NCBI GenBank assembly: GCA_965112735.1
Contig: OZ218953.1
Span: forward strand, 5,146,001-5,210,000
DNA length: 64,000 nt
From: Phaeosaccion multiseriatum
Lineage: Eukaryota > Protista > Ochrophyta, other classes
Direction of reading: 5' to 3'
Position numbers and translations under genes: made by a program. The notes under the pieces are model-generated. The model searched no databases. It had not been told where the DNA came from and saw nothing but the letters and a program-made list of their open reading frames with translations. This document shows positions 24,001 through 30,000 of this stretch, piece by piece (position 1 is the first letter of the stretch; each line of letters opens with the position of its first letter).

Positions 24001-27000
24001 GTGAGAGAGGCGGGTACGGAGGTACAGACCATCATTGTGCAAGACTCAGGCGACAGCGTGTGGGCCAACGGGGACCCTCAATACCGCCTTACATGGGGAA
24101 GCGGAAACACCACCGACTGCCTGGACTGGGATGCACTCGATTGGGAGGTGGAGGAGGCGCTGGAGACTGTGGGTCTGGAGGGACTGACGGTGACGCGTCG
24201 GGAAGACTCCACCTTCGCCCCCAACGGTTACATCTACTCCATCTACTTCTCCAGCGAGGCGTACGACGCTTCCGATGTGGCCGACCCGTACACCCTCAGC
24301 GATGGGGACGGAGGAGGAGGGCTGAATGTGAGCTATGCTGGCTGCAGTGCTGCCTTTGAGGCGGACTCGGGGGAGACGGTGACCTTGGCCACTGTGGTGC
24401 AGGGCAGCAGCGATGGAGGCATCTTTACGGATGAGTGGGTACCCCTTGCCGAGACGAGCGACAGTACCGTCTCGGCGCGATTCCTGGGAGGAGACGGGAC
24501 CAAAGCCCTTTCTATCTACCGTGTGACGGGTCATCTCTACACCGTGAGCTTCGACAGCAACCTCGGAGATGTGGATGCATTGGTGCCTGGGGTGGAGTCA
24601 CTGAGTGGTACCGATGCGGCAGTGACGGTGTTCGAAGAGGAGCTGCTGGAAGGCTACCTGCCCACAGGGTTCGTGGCGGAGGGCTTGCAAACGGGTCTAC
24701 CCTACCATCTGCGCGTGTCGGTGGCCAACAGCCTGGGCTACGCGGAGTACAGTAGTGATACAGTCGTCGCCAAGGCAGCTTCCGCCCCTTCTGCACCCGG
24801 CTCGCTGGAGGTGGAAGAGGCGTTACACGAGGACGAGGTGCAAGCGATTACGGTGGCGGCGACCCATATCGACGAGGTGCAGGTGATTCGCACCTCCGCG
24901 CCGTACATTACGGATGTCCAGCTCGTGACCACCAGCGCCGAGGAAGACGAGCTCGTGCGAGGGTCCTTTGCGCTCAACTTCCCGGAGGTTCAGCGCGTAA
25001 CGGTCGGCGCTTCTGCCATGTTCGACAATGGCAGTTACGCACTTGTCTACACCAAGCACGTGTTGAGCGGCAACGCCCTGACGCCCACCAACGAGACCTC
25101 CGTGTGCCTGGCCTGGGACGCTACTGCAGCGGACGTGGAGAGTGCGCTGGAAGACCTGACCTACATTGATGATGTGGCGGTGGTACGCAGCGGCGACGCG
25201 TCAGACAGCTCCGACTACGGCTACCACTACGACATTAGCTTCATCGGACTGGAGGTGGTGGGCAACGTTGAAATGCTCTCCGTGAGCAACGACTCTTCCC
25301 TGTGCACTGGCCTCAGCGCTGTGGGCGGAGGGTCGACTTTCGTCCGCGTGGTACAGACCAGCGCTGCCGGAGGAGCCGTTGGTACTGCCACCGCTGTTCA
25401 GCGTGTGAGCCTCTCTTCGGAGGTGGAGCTCACCAGTGGCGTGGGCGCCTACCGACTGGCGCTGACGTTGTCCAACTCGTCGACGGAGGTGGCGCTAGAG
25501 ACGTCTTGCATCGCGTGGGACGCTGAGGCAGGGGACATGGAGGAGGCATTGGAGGGGCTTGCCGTGGTGGACAGCGTACACGTTACGCGCGAGGACAAGG
25601 CTTCTTCTTCTGATTCCGATTCCGATTCTGCTTCTTTGGGTTCGGGCTACACGTGGAGTATCTTCTTTGACGGAAACGCCATGTACGACTCTGACATGGA
25701 CGTGGCGATGGAGGCCAACCTCACAGCGTGCAGCGAGTTTAGCACCACCATTGACGAGGTGCTCACCCCCATCACGGACAACAGCACCTACTCCTACTCC
25801 TTCTCTGTGTCTCTCTTGCAGAGTGGAGGGCTAGATTTGGATTACAACGCCCCTGCTTCAGACCTGACCGAGCAACTGGGCCTGCTGCCTGGCGTGGAGT
25901 CACCACTCATCATCTACGAGGGTGCACCGGACGAGCAGGAGGGACAGTCGTGGACCATGTCTTTCGGTGGCAACGACGGAGATGTGCCCCAGATGGTGTG
26001 TCTATCAGACACATCCTCCTCGGGCGACTTTGTCGGGGAGTGCGAGGTGGTTACTTTGGTGGAGGGCAACGAAATCGGAGGCTTCTTCTACCTCAACGAC
26101 ACGGATGGCATCGCCAGCGACGCCTCTGCCTCCGACATGGCCGCCGCCCTCGAGGCTTCCGGCTTGGGCGAGGTGAGTGTGAGCAGAGAGACCACGGACG
26201 CACGTGGAGGCTACGCCTGGAGCATCACCTTCTTCGACTATGAGGGAGACGTGCCCGCGCTCGCAGCGGACTCGGATATGAGTGGTTTCGACGTCGAGAT
26301 TACCACGAGTGAGGCGGTCAAGGGGAACGCTCTTGGGGGAACCTTTTCGATGGCACTCAACGGTTACGTAACGGGCGACTTGGCGAGCGACATTAGCGCG
26401 GAGGACCTCCAAACGGCACTGGAGGGACTCGATACAGTGGGTATGGTGGATGTGGAGCGGAGCGCGCTCTCGAGCGAGGGTGGCAGCACTTACCTTGTTA
26501 CCTTCCGCGACACCATCAACCCCGGGGATGTTACGGCCTTGGAGGCAGACTACAGTGAGACACTGACCGGAGAGGGCGCGGTGGTGCTGGTGAGAGAGGT
26601 GATCAAGGGAAGTGAGGCAGTGGGGACCATGGCCAAGCTCAGCTTCGAGGCTCCTAAGCAATGCTCCACCACCAAGGTGGAGCTTGGCGACTGCGGAGAG
26701 CCAGTGGAGTACTACCTCGTGGAGTGGGACACGAGCGATACCTTCAGTTCAGCGGCGCTGCGCTCACAGGTACTCAACGACACGGATCTTCTCTACCGCG
26801 TGCAGCGTGTCACCACCACGGCAGACAGCGTCATGTCGGGCACCTTCCAACTCAGTCTGGGCGGTCAGACCACGCAGAGCATCAATGCCAATGCCTCCAG
26901 CGAGGAGTTGCGAGTGGCTTTGGAGGCCCTTCCCTCGGTCATTACCACCCTGGACGTGAGCAGAGACTACTCCATGTACATTTGGGAAGGACACCTCGTA

Positions 27001-30000
27001 CGCGTGACGTATGGTGGGCAGTCCATTGAGCTCTACGGCAACGCTACGGACAATGCCCTTGCGGCCTGTGAGTTGATTCGCTTGGATGACGAATGGTACC
27101 GGGTCGACGATTCGTACGACAGTGAGTCCAGCACCGTGAGTCTGGCCCAGGTGCACGACTGCAGCGTGGCCAAGAGCTACGAAGGGTCATCGGGTACCGC
27201 GGTGGTGGAACGGTGGGCAAACGGTTACGAATGGAGCGTCACCTTTGCGTCCGCCGCGGAGCCCTTGCAGCTGCTGCAGAGCCCCATGCCCAAACTCTAC
27301 CCGGAGGACAGCAGCGTGTTGTACATTCGGGGCGCCAACTGTGACGGCTGCTTCTACCTCCCGGATCTGACCATGGGAGAGACGTACTACGTTCGCACGC
27401 AGGCCTACAATGAGTTCGGTGGAAGCCCCCTGGGGACCGCCAGCTCTGGCGACGGCGTGATGGAGGTGGTGCCCAACCAGGTGCCCTTCGCTCCTGAGGA
27501 TGTGAGCGTTACGGTGGTGAGCGGTAGCAAGCTAGAGGCGTTCTTCTGCGAGCCTCTCATCTCTTCCGACGACGTTTGGGGCTTCCGCGTCCAGTGGGAC
27601 GATGTGAGCTCCTTCGCCAACGCCACCTACAACGACGATGCGGGTTGTACGAGCGTGGGCTACGGTAGCTGTGTGGTGTCGGGTAGCGCGATTGCGGGCG
27701 AGTGCCCCTACTCGCTTGTTCTCTCGGACCTAACGGAGGATCAATTGTACTACGTGCGCGTGTCGGCGTTGGGTGAGGTAGATGCGCAAGCGGTGAGTCC
27801 CACAGGCGATCCGATCGACAACACAAATTGGAGCGGCACCATCGAGGCCACTCCTACGGATCAGCCTCCGAGCGCTCCTGGCACCATCTACCTCTATGTG
27901 CTGGACGGAAGCACACTCCAGGTACAACTGGCGGCGTCGACGGAGAGCGGAGGCAGCAATATTACGAGTTATGTGTTTGAGGTCGACACGGTGTCGACTT
28001 TCTCATCCGGGAGCCTAATGCAGACAGAAGTGGCCGCAGAGGATTTGTCGGAGCTGTACCTTGGCGGCGACTTGGTGTACAACATTGGTAACCTCACAGC
28101 TGGCGTATACTACTATGTGCAAGTCTCGGCTCAGAGTTCCATTGGAGGCAGCGATGCCACTCCGGCCTACAACAACCCAGTGGCGCCCACACAGCTCCCG
28201 GACCCGCCCACCAACGGAGAGGTGGAGGCAGTGGTGGTGGGTCTTGATGAGTTCAACACCGATCTGAGCGTTACATGGGCTGCCCCGGAGGACAATGGGG
28301 GCTCTCCGACGACGGGCTACCGAGTCGAGTGGTGGGAGAGGGACACGTACCGCGAGGAGGTGCAGATTGTGCGAATGACGTGGGACGACAACGACGAGCC
28401 GTCCAGTACCTTCCGTCTGTACTTTGACGGAGTGAGTACCAATGTCGGGCTGGATGCGGATGTCAGTGAGGTGAATCTACGCGACGCCCTCATGAACATC
28501 AACTCCAACACCACCTTCCCGATTGGCCATGTAACCGTCAACCGAAGCACCATCAACGGCGACGAGGGCTACGTCCACACCATTACGTTCAAGGATCAGG
28601 TCTCCAACCCCGGAGACCAGCCACCCATCCTGGCGGCGGACACTTTCGAAGGTTCAGCGAGCATGCGAGTGTACGAGTTGTACAGCGGTATCCGCGCAGG
28701 AGGAGCTCCTGAGATTCAAATCATTCGCTCCTCTGGCAGCGGCACGGGACTGCGCAACGCGTCCGATGTGGACGATGCGGTGGTCAAGGGGTTCTGGAGG
28801 GTTCAGTTTGCGGCCAGCAACTTTAGCACCTATGTGAGTGCCAGTGCGACGGCCGAGGAGGTGGAGGCCATGTGCCAGGGCCTGTCCACCATGGGGGACG
28901 TGGATGTGTCGCGGGAAACCAACGACGAGAATGGCTTCGACTGGGCCATCACCTTCACCTCACCCGTGGGAGATCGCGGAGGGATCGAGGTGGACGACGC
29001 CTTCCTGTGGACGTCCAACGACGATGCGGCCATTGTCGTCTACGATGGTGACAACGAAATCTCGTCCACGGATGGCAGCTTGGTGTGCAGCGGGTGCCAG
29101 GTGGGAGAGACGCCCATGGGCTACAACTACGCTGACCTGTCGGCAGATGAGCTTGCCTACACTATCACCGGGCTGACCACCGGCGTAGTGTATGAGGTGA
29201 TGGTGTCTGCAATGAACAAACACGGTCAAGGGGAACGCCTCTCGGCCAGCGGCGGCATTGAGCCACCCCTCGCCGTGCCGAGCGCCCCCACCAATGTGAC
29301 AGTGGATGTGAAGCCTTACAACGAGACGGTTGGCGACGGCATTGGCGACAGTCAGCGCCTGTTGGTGAGCTACGGAGCTCCGTTGTCCGACGGCGGCTCT
29401 GCGGTTACGTCGTACCTGGTGGAGCTGGACCCCACACCGACGTTCGACGACCCCATCAGTGAGGTGTTTGAGTGCCCCAACGCACCCGCCTACGCCACTT
29501 GGGTCATTGAGACGAACACCAACGCCACCATCACGGGGGGATACTTTGAGCTGGAGCTCACCAAGGGAGGCTTTGCGCTAGTGACCGATCTCATCCCTTA
29601 CAATGCCAAGTCATTGGCGGAGCAGGAGACTCCGGACCAGATTAGCACGGCGAGTGGCGTCATGTGCGAGAACGACGCCGGGGACAACGACGACGTGTGC
29701 CCTGACGACAGACGGGAGGCGAGCGGCTCTCTCCAGTCCAAGCTCAATGTGCTGGACACGCTGGACGATGGCGTGTTGGTTTCGCGCCAAGGGTTGGGCA
29801 GTGGGCAGTACCGCTGGACGGTCACCTTCCTCGACGTTGGCGACGACTTTGAGTTTGAGAGCACCACCACGCGCAACTACCTCAACACTACGGTGGGGGG
29901 GCAGACTTCCGTCACCGCCACCAAGATTCAGACCGGAGTGGACTATGGAGAGTGTAGTGGTGACATGATCATGCCCACGGAGGGCGGCCTGGTCAAGGGA

